Shown: positions 10,368-20,740 of the stretch, piece after piece
Layout: every line of letters begins with the position of its first letter
Numbering within the stretch: position 1 is the stretch's first letter
NCBI GenBank assembly: GCA_040390065.1
Contig: JAZJZE010000009.1
Location: forward strand, 192,001 to 256,000
Length of the DNA: 64,000 nucleotides
DNA from: a bacterium
GTDB taxonomy: Archaea; Thermoplasmatota; E2; JACPAO01; JAHFTW01
Direction: 5' to 3'
Translations under genes and position numbers: made by a program
The notes under the pieces: generated by a model
What the model was told of the DNA's origin: nothing
The model's database searches: none
The model's input: only the letters and a program-made list of their open reading frames with translations

Positions 10368-11383
10368 GATGCACCTGGTTTGCGAAGCCGCGCCACGTAG
10401 AAACCCAAGGTGGGATGGATCCCCGGCAGGAAGCGCCGCGTCTTGGCGAGGCTCGCATCGAGCGTGAAACCCGGCCACTCCGTGACGCCCGGCGCAAGAG
10501 GCACGCCGCCGCAGCGGTCGAAGGGAAGCGCTTCGACGCGGTAGCCGCGCTCGATGAGGCGCTGCACCTGGACCTCGTTCTCCTCGGGCGCAAACGTGCA
10601 CGTCGCGTAGACGAGTGTGCCGCCCGGTTTGAGGATGCGGTCGGCGGCGTCGGCGATGGCCGACTGCACGGCGCACAGTTGCGGAATCTCCTCGAGGCGA
10701 GCCTTGCGGCGGTGGGTGTCCTTCGGGATGGTGCCTTCGCCCGTGCAGGGGGCGTCCAGCAGCACCTTGTCGGCCCACGCCTTTCCGGGCAGGTCCTCGG
10801 CGCGTTCCTGGCGCAGCACGCCCGTCGTTGCGCCGCAGCGTTCCAGGTTGAAGCGCAGTGCCCGCATGCGGTCGGCTGCCGGCTCCACGGCCACGATGGC
10901 GCCGCGTTGCCGGATATGGTGGGCCGCCCGTTCTCCGAGATCGCCCGCCATGTGGATGGTCTTGACGCCTGGCGCGGCGGCGAGGTCGGCCACGATGTCG
11001 CCAGGGCGCACGCCAAGGGCGATGGGCGCGCTCGACGACGCCAGGTCCTGCATCGTCGTCATGCCCAGGAGATGCTCCACCGTCGCGCCGGGGCTGATGG
11101 GCGACTGGCGCAGCCGGAAGACGTGCTCGTCCAAGTCGGTGCGTGACAGTTCGAAGCCACGCGCCTCGAGGCGGCGCTTCACTTCGTCGGCCTCGCCACG
11201 AAGCGGATTCGTGCGCAGATATTTCGGCGGGGGACGCACGAGGCCATCCAGAAGAGTGCCGGCATCGTCCGTGAGCCGCACGACGCGGGCGATCATCCAG
11301 TCCGGCAGGCCGTGCTTGCTCGCCCAGTCGCGGATGCGCGGGCCCGCCGCGAAGCGGGCGGGGACAATGGGCGCCTCAGCCAT
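10364..11383 (-). CDS. RsmB/NOP2 family RNA m5C methyltransferase
   Basis: QDLASS, DLAAAPGVKT, LLDAPCTGEG, YATCTFAPEENE. Confidence 0.93.
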   Translation of the reverse strand: MAEAPIVPARFAAGPRIRDWASKHGLPDWMIARVVRLTDDAGTLLDGLVRPPPKYLRTNPLRGEADEVKRRLEARGFELSRTDLDEHVFRLRQSPISPGATVEHLLGMTTMQDLASSSAPIALGVRPGDIVADLAAAPGVKTIHMAGDLGERAAHHIRQRGAIVAVEPAADRMRALRFNLERCGATTGVLRQERAEDLPGKAWADKVLLDAPCTGEGTIPKDTHRRKARLEEIPQLCAVQSAIADAADRILKPGGTLVYATCTFAPEENEVQVQRLIERGYRVEALPFDRCGGVPLAPGVTEWPGFTLDASLAKTRRFLPGIHPTLGFYVARLRKPGAS

Positions 11384-12041
11384 GGGTCACCAGGTGATCG
11401 ATCATTCCCTTGTCGTCCGTGGCCTTGCCGATGGATCCCGCGCGGTCGCCGACCATGCGGTTCCACGTCGTGAGGTCACTCTGCGGCGACGAGCAGGGCC
11501 CGATCAGGGCACACTGCACGCCGGAACCGATCTGCGCCTCGCCAACAGCGGCGACGGCGGTGCCGCTGAGGCCGTCGTAGCCGACCTCGGCGATGAGCCG
11601 CACGGTCGCGTCCTGCTTGAAGATCGGATTGGCGGTGCTGCTCACGACCGTGCCTTCGCGCACGAACCAGTGGGTGTGCAAGCCGTTGCGCAGGAAGCGT
11701 TCGCCCTCCAACGACTTGTCGCGTGCCAGGGTCAGCCCCTTCGCCGCCGCGTCGAGGAAGTCTTGCGCTGCGGCGTCCAATTCTTCGGAGGTGAAGCCGC
11801 CGGCCTGTCGAAGACTCACGACAAGCAGGTGGCCCGGGTAGGGCGGCCCGCCGCTGGTCTCGAACTTGTACTCCACGTCGACCTTGTTGGGGCCGAAGGC
11901 GCCGTGCGTCTCCTCGGGGCCTTCCTTGACCGTCCAACCCGGTCGCAGCGCAGAGGGCTCGACCTGGGCACGAAACGGCTCTAGGCAGCCGGAGAGCGAC
12001 AGGGCCGCCACGGCCGCAACGCAGAGGACCGCCCGCTTCAC
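11376..12041 (-). CDS. Hypothetical lipoprotein
   Basis: VKRAVLCVAAVAALSLSGC lipobox. Confidence 0.7.
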   Translation of the reverse strand: MKRAVLCVAAVAALSLSGCLEPFRAQVEPSALRPGWTVKEGPEETHGAFGPNKVDVEYKFETSGGPPYPGHLLVVSLRQAGGFTSEELDAAAQDFLDAAAKGLTLARDKSLEGERFLRNGLHTHWFVREGTVVSSTANPIFKQDATVRLIAEVGYDGLSGTAVAAVGEAQIGSGVQCALIGPCSSPQSDLTTWNRMVGDRAGSIGKATDDKGMIDHLVTHG

Positions 12042-12092
12042 GGATGCGCCGAGGTGCGAAGCCATGATGATGTTGCCTGTCATCGCGGATGC

Positions 12093-12644
12093 GTGCCCGT
12101 CGAGGTGGAAGCCAAGCTGCGCGTGCCCGACGTGGCGGCCTTGCGGGCGCGGCTCGCGGCGGCGGGTGTCGCGCTCGGCCCGGCGGTCCAGCAGGAAGAC
12201 ACGTTCTTCCGCCGCCCTGGAAACGACCCGCTTGCGGCAGATGAGGCGCTGCGGCTGCGCCGGTCGGCCGGTGGCTTCGAGCTCACCTACAAGGGGCCGC
12301 GGCAGGCGGGCTCGTCGGTCAAGGCGCGAAGCGAGGAAAGCGTCGCCTTGCAGGACGATCCGACGCGCCTGCTGGCAGCGATGGGATATGACCCGACGGC
12401 GCAGGTGCGCAAGCGCCGCGAATCCGCGCACGTCGACGGCGTGACCTTGGCGTTGGACGACGTCGCTGGGCTCGGGTGGTTCGTGGAGCTCGAGGTCGTC
12501 TGCGAGCCCGACGCCGTCGCAGCGGCGCGGACGGCGATTGCGGACGCGGCTCGGCGGTTGGGGTTGGCCGACGCCCAGACGCTGTCCGAGTCCTACGTCG
12601 AGATGCTCACGCGCGCCGGAAGGACACGGCCACCGGCACCTTGA
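12093..12644 (+). CDS. cyaB: CYTH-domain protein (CyaB class IV adenylate cyclase-like)
   Basis: EVEAK, ALRLR, LTYKGP, VRKRRE, LGWFVELE, SYVEM. Confidence 0.88.
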   Translation: MPVEVEAKLRVPDVAALRARLAAAGVALGPAVQQEDTFFRRPGNDPLAADEALRLRRSAGGFELTYKGPRQAGSSVKARSEESVALQDDPTRLLAAMGYDPTAQVRKRRESAHVDGVTLALDDVAGLGWFVELEVVCEPDAVAAARTAIADAARRLGLADAQTLSESYVEMLTRAGRTRPPAP

Positions 12645-13005
12645 GCGCCCGGCTGATCGTGCACGTCTTCTCCGTGAGGCGCAGGATGATGTCGACGGCA
12701 GCATCGGCCGCGTCGGTCGTGACCGTGAAGACGACGTCGATGGTGGCGATGTCGCCGGCGGAATCGAAGTCCATGGCGCCATCCAGGCGGCCGATCGTCC
12801 AGGCGACCCGGCGCTTCGCCGCGACCTTGACGGACGTCGAATGTTGGCAGGCCAGCAACGCCGCCAGCAGGAACTCGCTCGCCATGGGGCCCTCGTCCTT
12901 GCCGCCCGATGCGGGCACCTTGTCCTGGACGACTTTGTGGCCACGGATGGTCAGGCCCACCGACACGGGGCTGCGGGGGACGGCGATGGCGGTTTCCTTT
13001 GTCAT
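12607..13005 (-). CDS. OsmC family protein
   Basis: DKVPASGGKDEGPMASEFLLAALLAC ... CTISRAL. Confidence 0.85.
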   Translation of the reverse strand: MTKETAIAVPRSPVSVGLTIRGHKVVQDKVPASGGKDEGPMASEFLLAALLACQHSTSVKVAAKRRVAWTIGRLDGAMDFDSAGDIATIDVVFTVTTDAADAAVDIILRLTEKTCTISRALKVPVAVSFRRA

Positions 13006-13130
13006 GGACGCGCCCACTTGCGGCGTCCTCAAAAGGGCGACGCCGCGGGCGGCAAGACACGCCCCTCGTGTGGTTTCACCGACCCCTTGGTGTGGGCCAA
13101 GAGTCTTTTCGGCGGTCAACGGACAGCACG

Positions 13131-14342
13131 ATGTCCCGCATCGTCTTCCACGTCGACATGGACGCCTTCTACGCCTCCGTCGAGGTGCGCGACGACCCCA
13201 GCCTGCGCGGAGTCCCCCTCGTCGTGGGGGCCGACCCGCGTGGCGGCAAGGGCCGCGGAGTCGTTTGCACGGCCAGCTACGAGGCGCGCAAGTACGGCAT
13301 CAAGTCAGCCATGCCGATCGCGCAAGCGTACCGCCTCGCCCCGCACGCCCGGTTCATCCCGCCTGACTTCTCCAAATACGGGCCGGCAAGCGACGCCGTG
13401 ATGCAGGTCCTCGAACGCTACGCCGGCACCATGGAGTGCGTGGGCCTCGACGAAGCATACCTGGACGTGACGGAGCGCTGCGGCGGCGATTGGGACGCGG
13501 CCCGCTCCCTCGCCCACAGCCTGCAGGCGGCAGTCCGCCGCGAAACGCGCCTGTCGTGCAGCATCGGCGTCGCCCCAAGCAAATCCGTGGCCAAGATCGC
13601 AAGCGACCGCCGCAAGCCGCACGGCGTGACCGTCGTACCACCGCAAGCCGTCACCGCATTCCTCGAACCATTGCCCGTGCGCGCGGCCAACGGGTGCGGA
13701 CCGAAGACCGCCGCCGCCCTCGCCGAACTCGGCATCCACACCATCGGCCAACTTGCACAGCGGCCGCGCCCCGACCTCGAACGGGCATTCGGCACTCACG
13801 GCGCCTGGCTCTGGCAGATTGCCAATGGGCTGGACGACCGCCCCGTCGTCGCGGAGCATGGTGAACGCAAGTCGCGCGGCAACGAGACGACATTCCTGCA
13901 AGACGAGCGCGACACAAAGCGCGTGGTGGGCACGGCCATCGACCTCCTCGACGAGAGCCTGGAACGCAGCGGGCGGCGTGATGCACGAGCCTTCAGCACC
14001 GTCACCGTGAAAGTGCGCTACACGGGCTTCGTCACCCTGACGCGGGCGAGCACGGCGGCCGTCCCCTACGAGCCAGGCGACCCCGACGCCAGCAAACGCG
14101 CCAAGGCGACCGTCGCGGCCCTCCTGGAACCCCTTCTCGACGGCCGCGGCGTGCGCCTCGTCGGCGTCCGCCTCTCGGGATTCGTCGAGCCGACGGGGCA
14201 GCGGCCCTTGACCGCCTTCGGCCTGCTGCGGCGCGGCGTCGACCGGCCGACGCGGCACGTTGCCGGACTGCTGCGACACGGCATTCCGGTCGGGGCCTTC
14301 GACCCAGGCGGCCTGCGTTGGCGCCGCCTGGAGGCGTTCTGA
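13131..14342 (+). CDS. dinB: DNA polymerase IV
   Basis: HVDMDAFYASVE, ASYEARKYG, LDEAYLD, AKIASD..KP. Confidence 0.95.
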   Translation: MSRIVFHVDMDAFYASVEVRDDPSLRGVPLVVGADPRGGKGRGVVCTASYEARKYGIKSAMPIAQAYRLAPHARFIPPDFSKYGPASDAVMQVLERYAGTMECVGLDEAYLDVTERCGGDWDAARSLAHSLQAAVRRETRLSCSIGVAPSKSVAKIASDRRKPHGVTVVPPQAVTAFLEPLPVRAANGCGPKTAAALAELGIHTIGQLAQRPRPDLERAFGTHGAWLWQIANGLDDRPVVAEHGERKSRGNETTFLQDERDTKRVVGTAIDLLDESLERSGRRDARAFSTVTVKVRYTGFVTLTRASTAAVPYEPGDPDASKRAKATVAALLEPLLDGRGVRLVGVRLSGFVEPTGQRPLTAFGLLRRGVDRPTRHVAGLLRHGIPVGAFDPGGLRWRRLEAF

Positions 14343-14384
14343 TGCGGCACGAACGTTCTTGAACGCGCGCCCCCCGTCGCCGCT

Positions 14385-15461
14385 GTGGCGGATGCGTCGA
14401 CACAGCCGGCCGGGCAAGGCCCGTCGACGCCGCAGGGCAACGCGCGCAGGTGGCAGCGCCTTCTCCTGCGCACCATCCTGGCCGAAATCGCCGTCATCCT
14501 CGTGCTCTTCGCCCTGCGCAACGTGGCCTGGCGCGACGTTCCAGGATACCTCGGCCGACTGGGCCCGGCCACACTCGGGCTCGCGGCCCTCGCCTACACC
14601 GCGGCGTGGACCATGCGCATCGCGCGCCTGCACGTTCTTGCCAAGGCGACGGGCATCCCGCTCGGCGCCCGGGACGCGGCGCAGACGGCCCTCGGAGCCA
14701 ACGCCCTCAACATCGTGGCGCCGGCCCGTCTCGGCGACGTGGCGGCCTACGTGCACCTGCGCAGCGAGGGAGCCGCCGGACCGGAGGCCGCCGCAGTCAT
14801 GGTGACGTGGCGTCTTGGCGACCTGGGCGCGCTCCTCGTCTTCGCCCTGCTTGCGGGACCGGTCGTCCTCCTCCTGGTACCCGTGCACAGCGCAACCACC
14901 GGCCTTGTTGCCGTGATGGCTGGCGGCGCGGGTTTCCTTGCAATCGGCGCCGCGGGCATCTACCTTGCCCGCCATCACAAGGTGCGTGCCGTCCTCGACC
15001 GCATCGCGACCCGCCTGCTTGGCTCCCGCGCGCCGACCGGAGCGGCCTTCGGGAGAGCGACGGCGCATCTCTGGACCCCCCGCCTCTTTGCGGCCAGCCT
15101 CGCCTTGGCCATTGCCGCCTGGATCGCGGACGCCCTTCTGGCCGGCGTCATCCTCGATGCACTGTGGGATGGGCCCAACGCCTACGCCGTCGTCATCATC
15201 CCCGTCATCCTCGCCAACGCCGCCAAGACCCTGCCCACGACGCCCGGCTCCATCGGCGTCTTCGAGGTCGTCTTCGGCGTCGCGCTCAACCAGTACGTCG
15301 GTGACCCAGCGTCGGCCGCGGTGTTCGGGTTTGCCGCCGTCGCGGTGCATCTCTTCGTCAACGTCCTGACCCTCGGCCTCGGCCTGCCCGGCGCCGTGGC
15401 CATCGGCCGGTCCGTGTCGCGCTCTGCGGCGCGTCAAGCCGATGCGGGCCTGACCAAGTAG
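14385..15461 (+). CDS. Lysylphosphatidylglycerol synthase TM-domain (flippase-like) protein
   Basis: NIVAPARLGD, LPTTPGSIGVFE; multi-TM. Confidence 0.85.
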   Translation: MADASTQPAGQGPSTPQGNARRWQRLLLRTILAEIAVILVLFALRNVAWRDVPGYLGRLGPATLGLAALAYTAAWTMRIARLHVLAKATGIPLGARDAAQTALGANALNIVAPARLGDVAAYVHLRSEGAAGPEAAAVMVTWRLGDLGALLVFALLAGPVVLLLVPVHSATTGLVAVMAGGAGFLAIGAAGIYLARHHKVRAVLDRIATRLLGSRAPTGAAFGRATAHLWTPRLFAASLALAIAAWIADALLAGVILDALWDGPNAYAVVIIPVILANAAKTLPTTPGSIGVFEVVFGVALNQYVGDPASAAVFGFAAVAVHLFVNVLTLGLGLPGAVAIGRSVSRSAARQADAGLTK

Positions 15462-16987
15462 AGCGTGTAGCTCTCTTCCTTGTTGCCGACGAGATGGTCA
15501 CCGAACGACGCAACCGGCATGAGGCGGGCCGTGGCGTTGGCGGACGAGGCCGGCACCTGCTCGTTCTGCAGGAGGAACACGCGCTCGTAGCCCGGTGCGG
15601 CACGGTCCGAGGAGGCAAGCACGTCGTCCAGCGTCATGGACCGGCCGGCGTCCCAAGTGGCGGACCAATGCGGAAAGGTCTCCAGCGAACCGGTGTCGGG
15701 GAACCAGAACCGCACGTTCGGGTCATGCAATTGCGCCAGCACCGGCATGCCGGATTGGGTCTGGAAGACGACGACGAGGGTGCGCCCGTCGAGGATGCGG
15801 TGCGCCTCCAGGTACGCGGCGACGTCGCCGGCCGCCGAGAACTCCCCGGTCGCGTCGCGCTCGATGGCGATGGCGGCCCCGACGACCTGCACGACGAGCA
15901 CGACGGGGAGGAACCAGGACAGGCCCGAGAGCACCGCCTTGGGGGCCCGCGGCATCGTCGGCCACCTCGCCCGGAGGCGTTGGGAAAGCGGCACGGTATC
16001 GGCCGGGCGTGTGCGCGCAAGCCACGTGCACGCCAGGAACACGAGGAACACGAGGCCGGCATGGTGCGCGGCCCCGCCGTACCGCACGGCAAAGAACATA
16101 GTCAACGCCCCCGCGGCCGCGACGTAGATCGAAAGGACGCGCACGTTGTGACGCATGGGCCAGCACGACGCCGCAAGCAGCAGGCCCGCGAAGACGACCT
16201 TGACCGCCGTCGGCAGCGGGTCGAAGATGGAATGGTCCCAGAAGACCTGGCCGAGCGACGGAATCGGAAGGAAGGTTGCGAGCGTCGACCGGGCCGGTGT
16301 GTAGATGGACGGATGCCACGCCGACAGCCATGGCGACAGGTCGTGCGCGGGGATCAACTGCATGACCGCGAGCAGGAACCCTCCGGCGGCGACGGCGGCG
16401 CCCATCGTCGCCCGACGGGTCCACACGCGCCCCTGCAGGAGCTCCAACCCAAAGGCCGCGGCAAAGACGCCGGCGACCATGAGGCCGTGCACGTTCGTCT
16501 GGGCCAGCAGCGCCAGGACGATGGCATAGCGCAGCGGCCGCTCGCGTCGCGTGTAGTCGACGGCCAGCAGGACGAAAAGCAGGAAGGCGAACAGGGCGTA
16601 GCTGCGTGCAATGGCGTCGTATTCGTACGCCGTGTAGTACCCGAAGGCGATGAGCCACTTCTCGAGTCGGCCAAACGGAGAGAAGAACCACAGGACGCAG
16701 ACGCTGGCCACGGCGATGCCGGCGTGGAGCACGCGCTCCGCCAGGAACGGCAGGCCGGCCTTGGCAAGGGGGACGAGCATGAGGTGCCACAACGCCGGCG
16801 TGCCCTCGTAGCTCATCGCATGGAAGAAGCCACCAACGCCCAGCGAGTCCCGTGCAATGAGCCAGGTCTCCGCCTCGTCGCGCCACGGCTCATGCCAGAC
16901 GAGAAGAGCGATCGACAGGGCGGCAAACGGCAGGATGGGCGAGCGCAGGACGTCGCGCACAAAGCCCCGCCACGACGTGGACTCCAT
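15434..16987 (-). CDS. Multi-TM GT-C-like glycosyltransferase
   Basis: HEPWRDEAETW in first loop, YEGTPALW, ARSYAL; about 11 TMs. Confidence 0.7.
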   Translation of the reverse strand: MESTSWRGFVRDVLRSPILPFAALSIALLVWHEPWRDEAETWLIARDSLGVGGFFHAMSYEGTPALWHLMLVPLAKAGLPFLAERVLHAGIAVASVCVLWFFSPFGRLEKWLIAFGYYTAYEYDAIARSYALFAFLLFVLLAVDYTRRERPLRYAIVLALLAQTNVHGLMVAGVFAAAFGLELLQGRVWTRRATMGAAVAAGGFLLAVMQLIPAHDLSPWLSAWHPSIYTPARSTLATFLPIPSLGQVFWDHSIFDPLPTAVKVVFAGLLLAASCWPMRHNVRVLSIYVAAAGALTMFFAVRYGGAAHHAGLVFLVFLACTWLARTRPADTVPLSQRLRARWPTMPRAPKAVLSGLSWFLPVVLVVQVVGAAIAIERDATGEFSAAGDVAAYLEAHRILDGRTLVVVFQTQSGMPVLAQLHDPNVRFWFPDTGSLETFPHWSATWDAGRSMTLDDVLASSDRAAPGYERVFLLQNEQVPASSANATARLMPVASFGDHLVGNKEESYTLYLVRPASA

Positions 16988-17087
16988 CGGCGCCCGTCGC
17001 ACACGGCAGCCCCACATGAATCCCGTGGCTGGCCGGCGGCGCGGCCCACAACCCTTTTTCCCGGCACCCGAGTCGACCCGCCCGTCC

Positions 17088-17852
17088 ATGATGAACGGCA
17101 AGCGGGTCTGCGTGGTGATGCCCGGCTACAAGGCCGCGGGCACGCTGGAGAAAACGGTCCGCGAGATTCCCATGGACGTGGTCGACGACATCATCCTCGT
17201 CGACGATGCCTCCCCCGACGATACGGTCGCGGTGGCCAAGCGCCTGGGGCTCCACACCGTCGTGCATCCGCAGAACCGCGGCTACGGCGGCAACCAGAAG
17301 ACCTGCTACAAGGAGGCGCTGGCCCGCGGCGCCGACGTCGTCGTCATGCTGCACCCCGATTACCAGTACACGCCGAAGCTCATCCCGTCGCTTGTCTGGT
17401 GCGTTGCAAGCGGGCTGTACGACATCAGCCTGGGCTCGCGCATCCTCGGCGGCGGAGCAAGGCGCGGCGGCATGCCTCTCTACAAGTACGTCTTCAACCG
17501 CATCCTCACCTTGTCCGAGAACATCCTCATCGGCCAAAAACTGAGCGAATACCACACCGGCTACCGCTGCTTCTCCCGCAAGGTCCTGGAGACCCTTCCG
17601 CTGGAGGAGAACTCGGACAACTTCGTCTTCGACAACCAGATGCTGGTGCAAGCCGTCGACCGCGGCTTCCTCATCGCGGAAGTGACGTGCCCGACGCGCT
17701 ACGAGCCGGAATCGTCCTCCATCCGGCTGCGCGCGAGTCTGCGGTATGGGGCAGGCGTGATGGGAACGGCAATGAAGTACCGCCTCAAGCGCATGCACCT
17801 AGCGAAACCGAAGTTCCTGCGGGAAGATGGGAAACGGATTCAGCTTCCGTAG
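17088..17852 (+). CDS. Glycosyltransferase family 2 (polyprenol-phosphate sugar synthase-like)
   Basis: VDDASPDDT, NRGYGGNQK, MLHPDYQY, EYHTGYR. Confidence 0.92.
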   Translation: MMNGKRVCVVMPGYKAAGTLEKTVREIPMDVVDDIILVDDASPDDTVAVAKRLGLHTVVHPQNRGYGGNQKTCYKEALARGADVVVMLHPDYQYTPKLIPSLVWCVASGLYDISLGSRILGGGARRGGMPLYKYVFNRILTLSENILIGQKLSEYHTGYRCFSRKVLETLPLEENSDNFVFDNQMLVQAVDRGFLIAEVTCPTRYEPESSSIRLRASLRYGAGVMGTAMKYRLKRMHLAKPKFLREDGKRIQLP

Positions 17853-17861
17853 GGCCGCGCA

Positions 17862-18743
17862 TCACGGATACGGATCGATGGGCTCCTTGCACCACTCGTC
17901 ATTGAAGCGGATGAGCCGACCGTCGTAGTCGATGTGCGATTCATATTGGCCAAGGCCTGGGAAGAACTCGCCGTACTTCGCGGGTAGCATCGGGGACCGC
18001 ATGTGGCCGGGAATGATGCCCGGCGGTGGCTGCGCCACCTCCTCGGTCGTCGTGAAATGCCACATGACGAGCTTTCCGGCGTTGACCCACACGATTCGGT
18101 ACGTGAAACCATCGCTGGCATTGTGATCATTGACCTGAGTGAGGGTCGTGTCCGAGGTCTGGCCGCCGTCCGGCGTCCACGACCAACTGACCTTGCTTAT
18201 CTTCCCGGGCGAGACGTCGTGATGGATGTCGGCATGATGTGCGGGCATTCCAATTTCCCGGCGCATCCAAGCGGCGACCTCGTCGTCATCAACGTAGATG
18301 GCGTTCAGGACGCTAAAGTAGTTCCAATTCCCCGTACGACAGGCGCTAGGCGTCGTCATGTTGTCATGGTGCTCGATGATCATGCGCAGCGGTCGCTCGA
18401 AGGGACCGATGTGGACCCGCTGGCAGGCGACGAGCCATAAGTAGAAGTCCGTGCCAGCGCCCCCCGAGGAAACCGCGCCGGTCCAATTCCCGGGGGGATG
18501 GGCAGGGCTCGTATTTCCGGGATATGGCATCCCCGTCTCGACCTGATCGCAGCCGTTGAAGACAATCCCCGAGTCCTGGAGCGGGGCGGTCCAGATGGAC
18601 GTGTTTGTCAACGACGGTTCCGGGATGGGCGCCGACGTCAGGTTCGACGTGCCAGACGCGCTGCCCACGGTTCCGGGGCGGTTGACCGCACAACCCGCCA
18701 CTAGCAGGCAGGCGGCAATGCACGACCAGCTTCGAGCGTTCAT
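17862..18743 (-). CDS. Hypothetical lipoprotein
   Basis: LLVAGC lipobox; long non-shadow ORF with lower GC. Confidence 0.65.
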   Translation of the reverse strand: MNARSWSCIAACLLVAGCAVNRPGTVGSASGTSNLTSAPIPEPSLTNTSIWTAPLQDSGIVFNGCDQVETGMPYPGNTSPAHPPGNWTGAVSSGGAGTDFYLWLVACQRVHIGPFERPLRMIIEHHDNMTTPSACRTGNWNYFSVLNAIYVDDDEVAAWMRREIGMPAHHADIHHDVSPGKISKVSWSWTPDGGQTSDTTLTQVNDHNASDGFTYRIVWVNAGKLVMWHFTTTEEVAQPPPGIIPGHMRSPMLPAKYGEFFPGLGQYESHIDYDGRLIRFNDEWCKEPIDPYP

Positions 18744-18745
18744 CG

Positions 18746-19252
18746 CTAGCAGTCCTGACCCATCGGGCCCACGCGCGTACTGAAGATGTAGGCCCCCGCG
18801 CCGGCCGGACCATGCAACGATGTTTCGCCGGTCGGGACATGGGCGACGAAACCATAGCCTTGGTAGTGACCGGCCGTTCGAACGTACGGCGGATATTCTT
18901 TCAGGTCAAAGCCGCGGTCGTCGGCTAGGAGGAAGCGGATGCAGATGGAGGCGGGCTCTTGCACGCACCCGCCCAGGTCCCCAATCGGGTCCATGGGCAA
19001 TGTCTCGGTCCAGTTTCCAAGCATCCGCTTGAGGCACCCTACTGTCCCCGAAGTGGCGGCGCACGGCGAATCGATTCCGAGGACGGAGCCGGAGACGACG
19101 GGGACGCAAGTGTTCGGCAGGGCGTCGAGGACCGTGTGGAGCGCGTCGCGCAAGACCTCGCCGAGGGCGGGCGTCGGGGGCGCTTCTGCGGTTCCCGTTG
19201 CCGGGAGCAGGAGCAGGGTGAGTGTGGCGACGCAGACAGGTTTGGCGTTCAT
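18746..19252 (-). CDS. Hypothetical secreted Cys-containing protein
   Basis: Signal-like N-terminus; abuts the downstream gene. Confidence 0.5.
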   Translation of the reverse strand: MNAKPVCVATLTLLLLPATGTAEAPPTPALGEVLRDALHTVLDALPNTCVPVVSGSVLGIDSPCAATSGTVGCLKRMLGNWTETLPMDPIGDLGGCVQEPASICIRFLLADDRGFDLKEYPPYVRTAGHYQGYGFVAHVPTGETSLHGPAGAGAYIFSTRVGPMGQDC

Positions 19253-19413
19253 GACCACGTCTTGGGAAACGGCCGCCCCCCATAAAGGCCGTCGCACAAT
19301 GGTTGGCCTTCACGTATGGATTTCCAGAAAGAACGCCATACCCTTACATCCCCGAATTGGCCGCGCTCCCCCCGCGGGTTCCCCTTTTCAAGTCCGTTGC
19401 CGTCGGACCCCTA

Positions 19414-20736
19414 ATGAAGCCGCGCGAAGCCGCCGACGCCGTCCGCGACGCTGCCCGCCGCAGCACGCGCCTCTTCGGCGAAGGGTTGCCGATGATTGCG
19501 TCGGAGAACATCGTGTCGCCGCGCGTGGCGGAGATGCTCGTCACGGACCTGCACGGCCGCTACGCGGAGGGCTTGCCTGGCAAGCGCTACTACCAAGGCT
19601 GCGGGCCGTTCGACGAGATCGAAGCCCTCGGCATGAGCCTCGCGCAGCAGGTCTTCCGCTGCCGCTTCGCCAACATCCAGAGCACGTCCGGCACGAACTC
19701 GAACCTCGCCGCCTTGAAGGCACTCACGAAGCCCGGCGACGTGATTACGGCGGTCTCGACGGCGGACGGCGGCCACATCAGCCACGCCCCCATGGGCGCC
19801 GTCGGGATGCGGGGACTCGAATTGCACACGTACCCGTGGGACGCGGCCCGCATGGAGCCGGACGTCGATGCCAGCATCAAGCTCATCCGCCAAGTGAAGC
19901 CCAAGATGTGCCTCTTCGGCCAGAGCGTCTTCCTGTTCCCGACGCCCCTCAAGGAGCTCGCCGCGGCGGCGCACGAAGTCGGCGCGACAGTGCTGTACGA
20001 CGGCGCCCACGTCCTGGGCCTCATCGGGGGCGGCCAATTCCAGGACCCGCTACACGAAGGTGCCGACGTCCTGACGGGCAGCAGCCACAAGACGTTCCCC
20101 GGCCCGCAGGGCGGCTTCGTCCTCTCCGACACCGCCGACGAGAAGCTGCAGAAGAAACTCCATGCCGGCGTCTTCCCCGGCGTCGTCTCCAGTTACCACT
20201 TGCACCACGTCGCAGGCAAGGTCATCGCGCTTGCTGAATTCCAGGAATACGGCGCCGCCTATGCACGCGACACGGTGGACAACGCCCGGGCCTTCGGCGA
20301 GGCGATGGCGGCGGAGGGCTTCGACGTCATCGCCGCGGAACGCGGTTTCACGCGCAGCCATCAAGTCGTCACGCGCCACGGAGCCACGGATTCCGGCGCC
20401 GGCGCTGTCGCCGCGCAGAAACTCGAGGACGCCGGCATCATCACGAACATGAACATGCTCCCCGGCGATTCGAAGCCACTGCAGCCATCGGGTCTGAGAC
20501 TCGGCGTGCAGGAACTGACGCGCGTCGGCATGACGAAGCGCGACATGGCCGAGGTCGCTCGCCTGTTTGCCCGCGTGCTGCTGAAGGGCGATGCCCCGGC
20601 CGCGGTACGCAAGGACGTCGTGACCCTCAAGTCGCGCCACCAAGCCGTGAAGTACTGCTTCAATCCCGACAACCTCGGTGGCTACGAGTTCCACGAGATG
20701 CTGTTGCCGGGCAGGCGCGTGGCACGCGAGGCGTAG
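19414..20736 (+). CDS. glyA: Serine hydroxymethyltransferase (archaeal type)
   Basis: MIASEN, RYAEG, GGHISH, YDGAHVLGLI, GSSHKTFPGPQGG. Confidence 0.96.
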   Translation: MKPREAADAVRDAARRSTRLFGEGLPMIASENIVSPRVAEMLVTDLHGRYAEGLPGKRYYQGCGPFDEIEALGMSLAQQVFRCRFANIQSTSGTNSNLAALKALTKPGDVITAVSTADGGHISHAPMGAVGMRGLELHTYPWDAARMEPDVDASIKLIRQVKPKMCLFGQSVFLFPTPLKELAAAAHEVGATVLYDGAHVLGLIGGGQFQDPLHEGADVLTGSSHKTFPGPQGGFVLSDTADEKLQKKLHAGVFPGVVSSYHLHHVAGKVIALAEFQEYGAAYARDTVDNARAFGEAMAAEGFDVIAAERGFTRSHQVVTRHGATDSGAGAVAAQKLEDAGIITNMNMLPGDSKPLQPSGLRLGVQELTRVGMTKRDMAEVARLFARVLLKGDAPAAVRKDVVTLKSRHQAVKYCFNPDNLGGYEFHEMLLPGRRVAREA

Positions 20737-20740
20737 AGCC

